From Camelus ferus (lineage: Eukaryota): a stretch of DNA of 64,000 nucleotides. Below are positions 25,413 through 38,005 of the stretch, in pieces (the first letter of the stretch is position 1; every line of letters starts with the position of its first letter). The position numbers and the translations under genes were made by a program. Location of the stretch: NCBI RefSeq assembly GCF_009834535.1, contig NC_045697.1:41480001-41544000 (forward strand), in the 5' to 3' direction. The notes under the pieces were generated by a model that saw nothing but the letters and a program-made list of their open reading frames with translations, had not been told where the DNA came from and searched no databases.

Positions 25413-26404
25413 CTAGGAAGTAAAGAGCCTCACCGCGCCTACTGTTGTATGTGTGGCAGAAACTGAACTATGTCATCTCTCTGCAAAGGGGGAGATAGAA
25501 GTTAGCATCATTTGGTGAGGAAATGTAGTCAGTCTTTTAAAGTCTCATTTGCTTTCTGCAAGATAAAAAAAAATTCTTTTTAGTGGCAATGTTGAAGATG
25601 GAGGTCCTCAAAACTCCATGCAGGAATTATCCCAAAGGTGTCCCATCAGGTAATGTCAGTGCCATTTAAAAAAGGTATGCAGCCATGATGGAGAAACTTA
25701 GACTCACAGAAAAGACTGTGTGTGAGACTTGAACCAGATAATGCTTAGGAATTTGGCTTCCTCTTTCTTTGTGTCTCTGGGCTTGATTCTGACTTGGGCT
25801 CTCACAGGAAACCAGTATCACAGCCCATCTTAAAAGTAATGTGACCTGTGCCACAGTAGGAGATATGCAGTAAATAATTAAAGCTGTCTTCATGAAAAGC
25901 ATTCCACAGCAGGAGAGGAATAAAGAATCTTCCTTGAGAAGAAAAATCACACAGTGAGAAATGAGGAAGAAAATAACGGAGAGCAAGCCGTCATAAATTG
26001 TGCCTCAAGGAAGTGACCAATATTTTATGGACAGGACCCACGCTTAGCAAGGTGAAAACGTCTCTGTGGATTTTCAGGTTGCCAGCAATTTTAGAATCAG
26101 CTTTTCCCTTGACGTCACATTGGTGTCATATTAACGTTTCTTGTGAGGAAGTTACTGATGGAGGAGCCAGTGTAACTATCCATGTTTATCAGGAACCTTC
26201 GCACTTTGTCATCACTTAGTCGTATATTACTTGGCATGTAAATGGAGACTCATGTTTAAGAAATATGGTTTCTGTACTTTTGAATAAAAACCAAAATGGA
26301 GAGTATTATGAATTTGCTGAGGGCGTTACTGACACGCTCCAACAGTGTGAAGGGGAGTGGGCAGCACCTGCACGTGGCCTGGCACGCATCATTGCTGGCT
26401 TAGG

Positions 26405-26625
26405 TTATGTTTAGTACTAGTGTGTGCCGACACTGCTCCAGTCTCTTCACGTGTCTTAACTCCTTGGTCCTTAGCAGTTCAATGAAGAAGATTCTATCAT
26501 TATTTCTATTTTCTGATATAGTCTCTGGGAAAGAGAGAGGTTAGTAACTTGCCCAAGGTCACACACTCGGAAGACAGTGGGATTTGAATCAAGACAAACT
26601 GCCTCTGGTTCCAGTTTTCATCCCT
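26405..26625 (-). mobile_element. MIR SINE
   Basis: 'agagaggttagtaacttgcccaaggtcacac...gggatttgaatc'. Confidence 0.8.
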
Positions 26626-27239
26626 ACAAATGATTTCCAGGTTATGGCCAGGAGAGGGAAGGTCCCAGTGGTTAGGTATATATATACATCATTATTGCTA
26701 GAAGCATCTCCTTTACGGAGTTGTCCAGCAGATTGTTGAATGCAGGTGGCGGGTGTCCGAAGACAGTGTGACCCTTGGTCTTTACTTCCTGAGCGTAAGC
26801 CTTATTCACTTATTGATGCATTGATGCAATATGTGTGCACAGAGGAGTCAAGAAATCTGCATGCCTGAGTCCATCTGTCTTTTGTGTACCAGCTCATAAT
26901 TCACCAGTGGCAACAGTGGAGATATGGGCATTGATTAGCATCAGTGGAGAATGTGGGACTGCATTTGAACCTCAGTTATTTTTCATTTTAGTTATAGAGT
27001 TTGTTTTTTTTTTTTTATAAAGGAAGCAAGTTACAAAATAAATAAGAAAAAAACTGGAATACAGGCCAGATTCCAGTGCCAACAAAGAATACTCTCCTTT
27101 AAGATTTTGAATTTGAGAGGGTTCCTTTTCTTTTCACTTTAACGTGAGGATTGCAGGATTTTTTTCCCCCAATTTTCTAAATGGAAGAAATTTCTGTGTC
27201 CAGGGTTTTCAGCAACTGAGGAGCACAAAGCTGCTAATA

Positions 27240-27335
27240 ATGGTGATGATGATGATCGCAGCACTTGACTAGCACCTCCCTAGGGCCAGGCAGTGTTCTG
27301 AGGACTTTACATATGTTAACTCATTCGTCATCATA
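27240..27335 (-). mobile_element. MIR 3' fragment
   Basis: 'gccaggcagtgttctgaggactttacatatgttaactcatt'. Confidence 0.65.
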
Positions 27336-27984
27336 TTGAGTGTTTTTAATTTATGAAATAAAGTTCACAGAATAAAATTTAAATACTATTTAATTGAACA
27401 CCAGTTATATTAGCAAAATTAGCAGGAAAAGTAGATGGTTTTTAATTTCTTAAATGATACATTTTCTTTCCTATCTCAGATGGCCTTGAAAATTTTCCTT
27501 TTTCCTTGGTCAGCAGAGCAGGTGCATTGTTCCCCCAGTCTATACTAAACTAAACTAAAAGCTTGATGACTCATCAGGTGAGTAGCTTGTGGGTATTACT
27601 CTTGGATACATGAATGTAAGTAGGCTATTTGTAACTTATCTAAATCATGCCATGAGACATGTTCTCACTTGCAAAAAGGTGGATGACCTATAAGAATTCA
27701 TGTAAGAACAGAGGCACAGAGGTGTTATATTACCATGTCCTCTTACAAGTTTATTTTCTTTCCCCTCCTTTTTTCCTTTTCTCTCTATAATCTTCAAGTC
27801 AAAGTAGCAATTCAGCAAGGAAAGCAGACTGTACTCGTTTTAACCTTTATGCAGAAATACAGGATAATAATGTCAGATGTTTTATCTTTTTGGAATAAAA
27901 TGCCATGATAAAAATCAATCCATTTTTTTCCGTAAGAAAATCATTCTTCTCTTTTTTCTCCTTGAGGTTTAAGGTATTAAAGAG

Positions 27985-28870
27985 ATGTCTAGATGAGACT
28001 TAGGACTCTATTCTAATGCCTGCTTGACCTCCACTCTGGAATTCACCATGTTCAACAACCATTTTCTTTCTTCCAAATCAATTCATTTCTTTTTTGTACT
28101 TTTCCATTAATATTAGTAATATCATCATTTCCCTAGTGGACTAAGGTCAGAATCTGAGTCATGTTTGAGAAATCTTTCTTTCTTAATCATTATATTCACC
28201 TGTTGGTACATTGTATAGATTCTACCTGGAAAATGACTCTCACTACTATAACTCCATGGTTAGAACTCCAGTTTAGGATGCAAGGCTTCTTGCCTTGCCT
28301 GGGGTAATAGCTCCTTACTGGTGTCCTGCCTCTTTTCCCTAATCCGCCTGATGCAAGGCTCTCAGATTACTGCTTAAAAATCTTTGATTATTCCCTCTTG
28401 CCTCAGAATGAACTACGAACTTTTCAACCAGGAATTCAAGGACCTTTACCATATGGCAGCATCATTCTGCTGTTCCTGTTTAACTTCTATTTGCCCAACA
28501 AGTCTATGCTCCAACCAAACTAGATTCTTCACCATTTCCTGAACATGAATCATATATTTCTATCTCCTGTCTTTGTTCTCTTTTAGAGCCATTTCCTTTT
28601 CCCAGGATAACCTCACTTTCCAGCTCTGCCTTTTTAAATCATATTTGCCTGTGTATGTCTACATCTGTCACCTCTGACTCTCCCTCCTTACCCCAACCTA
28701 AAGTACTCCCTTCTCTCTGTGAATCTCCATAGCCCTCTGTACTTCTTTTAAAATTCCTTGTATTATAATCAGCGTTACATTTTCCAACACTCTCCCAACT
28801 CTCTAGACCCACACCCATGCACTTGTGTAAGAGTTCCTTATAAAAAAATATTAGGCCAGTTGAATGGAAC
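27985..28870 (+). mobile_element. L2 fragment
   Basis: Pyrimidine-rich L2-like body, e.g. 'aatagctccttactggtgtcctgcc' and 'ctatgctccaaccaaactag'. Confidence 0.65.
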
Positions 28871-29984
28871 ACCGTAGGCTGGTCTCAGTTACACATTAGA
28901 AAGGCTCAAAGATCTGCATTTAGCATATTAAAAACATAGCCTGAAACTTTGTTCAAAGTGAATGCATGGACTCCCTCTATCACGAGATTGGCTACGTAGG
29001 AATATATTTGTTTTCTAATTAATGGATCTGTTGGGCCTTTTCTGGAAATTTAGCTTGATTTCTATCATTGTAAATCAGCTGAAGGTCTTTCCCCCTAGTG
29101 GCTGACACTGCTTACGCTTCATTTTCTTGTCAGGCCCTCCTTATGGTGCATGGTTTCCGATCGGAATGACTGCACAGACTCAGAAGGTTATCAGACCCAT
29201 GCTTGCATTGTAGACTCTGAGCCACTTAGAAATACTTAGAAGTTAAAGTAAAAATTTACTCCCACAAAGGCTACACATATCCGTGAGCACACGTGGAGAA
29301 TAGTTACCCTTGCAGTGTTAGCTCACGGCCTTCGTGGCAAGGTTTTCATTCAGTAGGTGAAGGCTATCACTGACAATGTGAGAGCTAAATCTTTTTTTTT
29401 TAACTTCTGAAATTTTCCAAGAGTAAACAGAAAATACATGCCACAACTTCTCCTTGATTTTTCCCCTAAGAAAATATATATGTATTTTTAATCTTGAAGT
29501 ATTGGAGGAGAAAATTCCAATCTAGATAGTGCATATTTTATTTTCCATAGTGATTCTGGGTACATAAAATCATATTTATGGTTTTAAGACCAAATTTAAT
29601 CGTATCTTTGGGATTCTTAAATTGGTGCCACTAGTTTGCTTATGGCCAGATTAGAAAGGAGTTTTGAATTTTGAAATTTGGATATTTTTGTAGGAAACTG
29701 ATAGAAGTTAATTGATCAATCCTGTCAAGTTATTTCCCCATGTCAATTTAGTTATTGACTAAATAAAACATGAACATGTTATTTTCTTTTTTATATATAA
29801 AAAAAGGAGTTTTGAGTAAATACATTAATGTAGCAGAGACATTTTTAAAGTTTAGAAAGCAAACAGGAAAATATTAAATATTGGATTAAGAAATACTCCA
29901 AAACCAGTCATAAATGTAGAAATTGCAGTTTTGAAAAAATTCAGAATTAGGAGTGAGGAAACAGAAAACATCTTTTAGCCTGAC

Positions 29985-30912
29985 ATTTTCAGGTTTAAAA
30001 TCCTTCATTGGTTTCCTACTGTTTTGGGGCAAAGTCTAAAGTTTTTAGCACAGCATGTGAGATCCTTCACACTTTGATCCCAAGCCCCCAGTTCCAGTGT
30101 AATAATCTTACCTTCTTTCCATGGCTGCATTGACATCTTCCTCCTCCCATAGCCTCATTCTCAGGCATATCCAAGTACTGACTTTTCTATATCTCTTTGT
30201 ATTTAACATATTTCCCCCCAAATTTGGAATGCCTTATTCCGCATCAGGAAAAACTGTTCAAGACTTGGAAACGGATTTCCTAGGTATTTTCTAGGGACCC
30301 TCTGGGAATTGTTGATTCTATAGGGGTGTGCTGGGTTGATTGATTTTTCTATTGACTAGACGATTTTACAGTTTTGTAACAGTAGAAGTTAAGTTGTAGA
30401 AAACTAATAGCAATGCAAATGATTCTTATCCATAGCAATACAAACAATTGCTATTCATAGCAATGCAAGTGAATTTTGTCCGGTAGAAGATATAAATCTC
30501 TGTAAGTCAAATAAAATGTTTGACATATGCTCATTTTATATATAAATGACAGTAATGTTTTTGACTTTTTGAAAATTAAATTTATTATCTGTGCCTTCAA
30601 CTACCATGTATGAAGCTCCTATTTATTCTTTAAAATATGGTGAAAATACCACCTTCTCAGTGGGACCTTTTCTATTTCCCTAAACAAAATTAGCTTCTTG
30701 CCTCATAATGATCCCATTACACTTTCAATCTACTTCTACTGCGGCTCTTAACCAAATTGTAGCAAATCTATCTATATTTCTGTTTTTCCCACTAGACTAG
30801 ATCTTCAAAAGCAGAAAACATGTTTTATTCATCTTCATATCATCTACTCCTTTGCCAAGCATATAGCACATGACATACAGACATTTGCTTGGTAAATGTT
30901 TATCAATGAATC
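29985..30912 (+). mobile_element. L2 fragments (body ~29985-30280; tail ~30620-30912)
   Basis: 'aaaatccttcattggtttcctactg' and tail 'ttcccactagactagatcttcaaaagcagaaaa...ttggtaaatgtttatcaatgaat'. Confidence 0.6.
30407..30481. repeat. Degenerate 25-bp tandem repeat, 3 copies
   Basis: atagcaatgcaaatgattcttatcc / atagcaatacaaacaattgctattc / atagcaatgcaagtgaattttgtcc. Confidence 0.8.
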
Positions 30913-32499
30913 AAAGTAGAAATCACAGAAGAGGGTGATGGGCATGTTTTAGCATTTGTTGATGAGGGGAGTTTGCTTCTCACAACAAAATCCCAGAATA
31001 ACTCTTTTACTTGTAGACCTTATGGGAAAATATAATTCAGCATGAAATTGAAAAAAGTTGAAAGAAGATGCTTAATGAAGCGAGAATGACCTAGAAGAGA
31101 TAAGGATTAAGCGAGCTGAGAGTTAGAGGTTTGCGTTATGGCTTTTTTCCTGAATTACTATAGTTGAGACATTTTTCTTCTGTCATGCTTTATATATCTG
31201 TAAGCTAGTAATGATAATAATTACAATTATCAAGACAGAGGAATTCCTGTAAGGGGATGTTAGAGTCAAAAGTGGGCATGGGGCAGCCTTACTTTCATTT
31301 GGCAATGAGTGAGAGAAATCTAAAATAAATACGGCTTTATTACAATGTGAAGTATACAACTATATATAGCTTGAATAAAATTGAAAAGTGACTTGACTCT
31401 TTACCTTAAATTTGGAAGTCTTTAGAATTATCCTCACATCCTCACCATTTATATTTTTACTTTATTTATGTATTTTTAAGAACTAGTTTTTGGCAAAATA
31501 AGCAACCGTTAGAATGGAGAGGCAGACGTTTTTGTCAGATACTTTGCACAATTAAATTTAATTGTGTTTGGATACCTTAAGATTCAGTTACTTTTTTACA
31601 AATGTTTGGATATTCCTTCTGAAGCAAGGAGTCATTTCTAGTATTTACTTCATAAATAGGTCACTTACAAATAGCGGACTTAAAAACCAGCAGTAAATTC
31701 TGAATTTATGTCCTGGCAGGTGAGAGAACCCAAACTATTTACTAATACAGCTCAGCTGCTGTTTCCATGGCAACAGAGGCCAGTTACTGTCAGCCAGTCT
31801 CTGATGGTTGACTTCAGCAGTGAACCCTGTGTGATGCTGCCAAGTGTCTGGCTTCTGTGTTTCCTGTTCCAAGCAATTGTTTCTTATTCTGAATACTAAT
31901 GACTGGTCTACAAAGGCCACATGGTTCAATTGCCCTGAAGATGGGCCTGGGAGTCACATGTGGAAGAGTAGTGAGCGTTTTGCCTGTAGTGAATTTAAAA
32001 CTGTACGTAACTGGGTTGTACATTTCCTAACTAGCTATGCCAGTAATTTATTAATAATGTTACCTTGCTATTGTTAGGCAGCTGGGCCTGAATGAGAAGT
32101 GACAGCACATCGGTCATCGTTGAGTCAAATGTGTTTTCAGGAAGGCTCACTGACTTTGGCTGGCCAGCATTGTCATGTAAATCCAAATGATTGTGCACAT
32201 GGTTGCCAGCAGAAAAATACATTTGGAACTGAAGTGCTTTTTTTGCTGTTTAAAATGTTCATATATTGATTGCTCTGAAATGGAGAAAAAGCAGCTGCCT
32301 GAAATGCCAGTGAAATGGCTGAGAAATTTAAAATAAGAGGGGAAAAATCGGAGCATTTGAGTAGAGAAACAAGTTAAGTAGTTTTTGCTCTTTGAAAATG
32401 AAGAGTACTGTGATTTTGAAGTTTTAGATATATGAGGATCATCAGTGTAGATCCCCTTTGACTGGGTCACAACCTATCCCAGGAATCTGAAAACCAGAT

Positions 32500-32630
32500 T
32501 TGTTGTAATTGTATTTCTCTCTAGAGCATACATTCCCTGAGGGTAGGCTGTTTTCATCACTGCATTCCTGACAGCCAGCACAGGGCCTGACACACACTGA
32601 GTACTCAGTAAATATTTAATGAAGTAAATG
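32500..32630 (+). mobile_element. L2 3' tail
   Basis: 'ccagcacagggcctgacacacactgagtactcagtaaatatttaatgaa'. Confidence 0.75.
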
Positions 32631-33014
32631 AAACTCAATATATCCTCTGCAAGAAGTGTCTGGTTTTTAAGCCCATCAAGTTCCCCGGAAGAAGCTATTA
32701 GACTCATCCCTTCCTTACAAAGCATATAACCCACTACATGACCCTCAATGCTAAACGTCTGATGTGGAAGTTCCGTTGGCAGTTACTTATGGCTGTGGCC
32801 AAAGTGTCTGTTCCCAACAGACCCCACTCAGAGGGGGCTCTTCCCATCAGCATTTTCCCCCAGCTAGTGGATCTAATAGTCATAGCTTTTGGTGGCCTCA
32901 TTGGTCATTTCTGACCCTGTGGCCACCCTCTCTACCTCGTCAAGGTCAAAGCTCCTGCTGGCTGTTTTGCGCAGGCACCTCTGATGATTTTCCTCTCCTT
33001 GTGCCAAATTCTGC

Positions 33015-33269
33015 CCCTGGTTCTCAACTGGAGACCATTTCATCTGCCTCCTTTCCCCTCAGCTCCTCCTGCCCCGGGAACATTTGGCAATATGTGGAGT
33101 CATTTGTGGTGAGCACAAGCCTGGCTGGGGTGGGGTGGGTTGGAGAGTGCTGTCGGGTCTGGTCTGTGGAGGCCAGGGATGCTGCTGAATCCTACCACGC
33201 ACAGGCCACCCTCACCACAAAGACTTTTTTGGCACAAAATGTCAGTAGTGCCAAAGCTGAGAAACCCCG
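33015..33269. mobile_element. MER20 (hAT-Charlie)
   Basis: 'tggttctcaac...gggaacatttggcaat...ggaggccagggatgctgctgaatcctac...aaaatgtcagtagtgccaaagctgagaaaccc'. Confidence 0.88.
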
Positions 33270-34709
33270 CTCAGGGGCTTCCAGTTCTTTCGTGGAACCT
33301 GTTCAGAACCCTTCGGAATGACACTCTCTGCCTTCCTCGTCTCTACTCCTCCCCCACTTTTTTTTCCCTTTAAATTTGGCTTGTTTTCTTATACTTTTAA
33401 AATTTGCTTTCTCTACCTCAAGATGTTGCCACAGAGAGACTCTCACTCATTGCTACCAGGGTCTGAACTCAGATACGTAGTATTCTTGCCTGTAGCCCCA
33501 AATTCCAGAGGGTAGAAAGGCAAATATGCAGATTGAATGCCAGGAATAATCAATCCTGAATATCCCATTGCTTTTAAGAGAGACATAAAAAGAAGCTCTA
33601 CAAATATACCACATGGAATTTTGAAGCTGCTCTGTAAATAATAAATATTTTGCATTGTTCTGAATTTTTTATCACTGTAGAGGAATTGTAAATTGAGTAT
33701 TTGTGTATTACATCAAATTTTGGAAAGCAGATGTGGTTCAATAACCTTAATAATATTGTTTTTAGGATGGGCATTTTTGTGTCTTTGAAAACTTCAAATT
33801 GATTGAATTACATTATAGGTATTTTAGGAAAAGAACTGCACATGTTTATTCATGGATATGAGGCTCAAATTTTGGTTCTAATGTGGAAAAGTTAGATAAC
33901 TGCACAGCACTTGATAGACTTTTTCAAAACTTTAAAAAGGGAATATTGAGTGTAACTTGTTTAATGATTTCAGTGACATTTGAAGGGAGGGAAGCATTTC
34001 ATCTTTAAATTCTTTAGAAATATTAACTAATTAATCTTCATAACCCTCTTGTAATAAGAAATGTATTATTATCTGTTTTGAAAGATTTGAGCATGCTTAC
34101 CATATAATATTCCAGTTTAGCAAATTCATGAACAGTGGTTAAGGGTAGTGTTTCTGCTCTCGAATACTGTAATTAAATCCCCTTCCCAGATGCTTTCTTT
34201 GTAAATAGCATAACATAGTAATTTTTAGTTTTTGCCTTTAACCAACTAGTCTTGATAGTTTAAGGGAAAGGAAATCTGGATAATAAATTTACAAAGTACT
34301 GAGATAAATTAATATTATATTAATATCTCTATGCTGCCAAAATCAAGTCTATAAACTCTTTTCTTTTCAGTTTTTATTTAAAATACTTTTAAAGTTCCTT
34401 TTCATGAATATTCACATATTTAAAGTTGCAAAATGAACAAAGTATTATTATTACTAAACTGATTTTCTTATTTTATGCTAACTCCTATTTACTGCATCAC
34501 CAAATTGATTCAAATTATAGACATATAACAAGGAGGTCATGACTCACAAGTATTCAAATAATTGGTAGGCCCTTCAGGTTTTGCTTTTATCAATAGAAAT
34601 TTAGAGGTTATGTTAGCATAATGTAGAAATTTTGTCTTTATGATTGGTAAAAATTCAATACAGATATGATGATACCTAATTGCTTTCATATGACTTCAGA
34701 AAGAAGCCT

Positions 34710-34772
34710 AACTCATTCATTCAACAAATGTTTATTGACAGCCCAGCCCGTGCCAGTGACTAGGGATACAAA
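34710..34772 (-). mobile_element. L2 3' tail
   Basis: 'actcattcattcaacaaatgtttattgac'. Confidence 0.7.
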
Positions 34773-34849
34773 CTGTACAAGAGAGGCAAAACAGCTAACA
34801 GAAACCACAGATGCTTATAACCCTTTAAAAGTTAATACCATACTTTAGG

Positions 34850-35024
34850 CAGTGGTTCTTAAAGTGTGGTACCCAGACCAGCTGCATCAGTGTCACCTAG
34901 GAGTTTGTTAGAAATGCAAATGCTCAGGCCTGTGAATTAGAACCTCTGAGGCTGGGGCCCAGCAGTCTGTGTTTAACCAGCCTTCCAGGGGATTCCCGTA
35001 CACACTGAAGATTGATAACCACTG
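34850..35024. mobile_element. MER5A (hAT-Charlie)
   Basis: Terminal inverted repeats cagtggttcttaa ... ttgataaccactg; internal 'gtttgttagaaatgcaaatgctcaggcc' and 'cagcagtctgtgtttaaccagcc'. Confidence 0.9.
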
Positions 35025-35924
35025 CTTTGGCAGGTTGAGATTGATCTCTTCCAATACTAAGGATACAAGAAGTCAACTTTTCTAAAGGCAGAGGTTCTAG
35101 GAATAGAATTTACAAAAAAAATGTTTTAAGAAATAATCAGAAATGCACATACAGAGTCATCAAATGACTAAGATATAAGAAATTCTCATTATTAGGGAAG
35201 AAATGATAGTAGAAACTATTAAAACTTCTGACTTTAATGAGAATTTGACTCTGCTGTTCTCCTGAGTAGATTAGGTCCCTTGTTTTATTCCAAGTCTTTG
35301 GCGTAAGATTCCTTGTACCATGAAATAGATTTTACGCAAAGAAAATTATATTTGCATTCCAGTTCTGTGTTCACCAGTCAGTACTGCTCTTGAATTTTTC
35401 AAATCTCGTCTAATAGGGGAATTCCTACCTGGTTCTGTTTGGTTCCATTTTATCAGAAGGGAGCAGCTTTTCTTTCTAGCTTCTTGGTGCTCCTTCAGAT
35501 GGTCCTGTGTTCTCCCATTTCTGAGACCTCAGCCCTTCCTTCTTTTTTAGTTAGTAATTGCTGAACTTTCTTCTCTAACTTCTCACAAATATGGCTTTAA
35601 CTAATCTTTAGGAGCAGGAAGGCAAAAAGTTTGCATGGCAACCAAATTTTTCTGTTTTGCATTTCCCTTAGATCCTTGGAGTCTTTGTTTTGGTTTCTGC
35701 ATTGAGCAGGGGAGGGAAGAAATAGTCTTTGGGTTATTAGTAAGAAAGAAAAGGAGGAGGGAAATGCTGAGAACATACTGTTACTAATATGAAGAGACAT
35801 ATTGATGACAGAAGATATAATACCAAATGATACGTTATATCATACTTTTATAAAACTGTATTTTCTATTTCTTCTGTATCATAATAGACAATCAATATAC
35901 ATTGGAGCTAGAGTTATTTTTCTA

Positions 35925-36395
35925 AAATAATCATTTGACAGATATCCTTTGAACATTTATTATGTACCAGGAGCTGCTATAGATGTTAGGGAGATAGCAG
36001 TGACCACAGGAAAAAAATCCCTGCCCCCATGAAGGTTATAGTGTAGTGAGGAAAACTGACCAAAAAACCCCAAAGCACATGTGTTAAAAGTAGAGCAAGT
36101 TATATGGTGAAAAATTCTATGGAGAAAAATAAAGCAGGGAAAGAGGTTGAGAAGTAGGGAGAATGATATGGATTTAAATGGTCTGGTCAGGGATGGCCTC
36201 CTTGAGAAGGAGACATATGAGCACAGACTCGAGTAAATGTGGGAACAAGTCAAACCGAATCTGGGCAGTGTGCTCCAGGCAGAGGGTGCAGCCAGTGCAA
36301 AGTCCCTGAGGCCTGGGGTGAGATGGGAGAGTAGTTGGTGAAATCCCATGGGCCTCATAGGACAGTGAAGCATTTGAGTTTCATTCTTTGGAATT
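35925..36395 (-). mobile_element. L2 3' region
   Basis: 'tcagggatggcctccttgagaaggagacatatgagcacagact...ccaggcagagggtgcagccagtgcaaagtccctgagg'. Confidence 0.8.
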
Positions 36396-36409
36396 CATTT
36401 CAGACACTG

Positions 36410-37410
36410 AAGTTTCATAATCAGAGGTTTCATTTGGATCTTTTTTATATCTTCCATTTCTCACCTCATTATGTGCATACCTTCTTTGTATGCACACTTG
36501 TGAAATTCTTAAAATCTGCTTTAAGTCCTTGCCTGCTAATCCCATCTTTTCTACCATTCCTGGGTCTGTTTCTATTGACTGATTTTTTTTTTTTCTCCTG
36601 CTTTGGAGTCATATTTTTTCTGCTACTCTGCATACCTGGCAATTTTTTATTGGATACGGAATATTTCGAACACTGTGTTGTTTTATTCTTTGATGATGTA
36701 GACATGAAAGCCAGGGGGATAGAAGTGTCGTGCTCTGTTTTAGCATATAATTGAGCTACTTTGGATCGCACTGATCTTTTCAAATCTTGCTTCCGTGCTT
36801 TAGTTTGGCAGGTCCACAGTTGCCTTTCATCTAGGGCTAATTTAACTGACTACTCAGGTGATACCTCTCTGAGGACTCTATCCAAGTTCCATGGATTATC
36901 AATTTTTTCCTCTCTGGCCTGTGAAGAGGCAAACTATTCCCAGGCAGGCTTGAGCTTCGAGAATTTCTTCAGGAGGGTCTTTTTCTTGGTTATGTGGAGT
37001 GTTAACCCAGATGGTGCTGGTCAGTCCCCGGCAACGCCTCAGAGGGCTTTCTCATCAGATTTCGGGAGTTCTTTCTTGGCTGCTCGCCCCTTCCAGGTAG
37101 CCTTCCCCAGGAAGTCTAGCTGCCTTAGCCTTCCTGAACTCTCATCTCCCACCTGCAGGACACTGTGAGACCCTGAGCTTCCTTAGGCTTCTCCTTCCCT
37201 GTGGCTCTAAAGCTGCCTCCAGACAACAATTTGGAGAAAGTATAAAGATCACTTCATTTATTTTTCTCCTTTCAAGGGTCACAGTCCTGCTCTAGCTATT
37301 GTCCAATGTCAGAAAATACCTATTTTCACATATAAATCTTTTTTTTTTCTTTCTTTAAAGCAAGAGAGCAGTCCTCTTGACTATTAACCCCTCATGGGGA
37401 GAAACAGAAA
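36410..37410 (-). mobile_element. Old L1M 5'/ORF1-region fragment
   Basis: T-rich antisense L1-like sequence, e.g. 'tttcatttggatcttttttatatcttccatttctc' and 'tcacagtcctgctctagctattgtccaatgtc'. Confidence 0.6.
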
Positions 37411-37549
37411 CCCTACTATAACTTCTGATTGCCATATGCATGGGCTAATTAAAAGCCTTTCAGAACCTAACCTGTTTATGTTTTTATTTATATGTGAACT
37501 CTGGCCCTCACTTAAAAGTCTGTATACAGTGGAAGCATAAATTCTGCCC

Positions 37550-38005
37550 ACGTGTTTTGGATAGGGTTATTTCATAGTGAACCCGGAGACAGTGATTTAT
37601 GTGCAGAGTAGTTCATTTGGGAAGGTGATCCCAGGAACTAAGAATGGAGGAGCGGGTGAGGGAGAGGAGACACTGAACAGTGTGCTGTCAGCCTACTCAC
37701 TGGATACAGCAAAGGGCTCAGTCCTGCAGAGGAACTCGGGGAGGTCAAATGGGCTTAGCACACCTTAGAGCTATCACACTGGGAAGCCAGGTATATCTCG
37801 CTACTCCTCATCATTTGTCGCGAGCTGCTTCTGTGGGTGTTGATTCTGCACGTCTGGTTTGTTCTACTGTGCGGGTTGAACACATTTCCTATAGCCAGAG
37901 AAAAGCCTTCAGGCAGAGAGCTTCAGGTGTTCACAGTGGGCAGCCTTCATGATGTGGAGGGGAAAGCCAAGGGGATGTAAGTGGGGTACCAGTTACGTTA
38001 CTAGC
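37550..38005 (-). mobile_element. ERVL solo LTR (LTR33/LTR16-like)
   Basis: 'ccggagacagtgatttatgtgcagagtagttcatttgggaaggtgatcccagg...agagaaaagccttcaggcagagag'. Confidence 0.7.

Noticed and set aside
32764..33321. Longest ORF (185 aa)
   Set aside because: GTG start, runs through a MER20 element, no recognisable domain.
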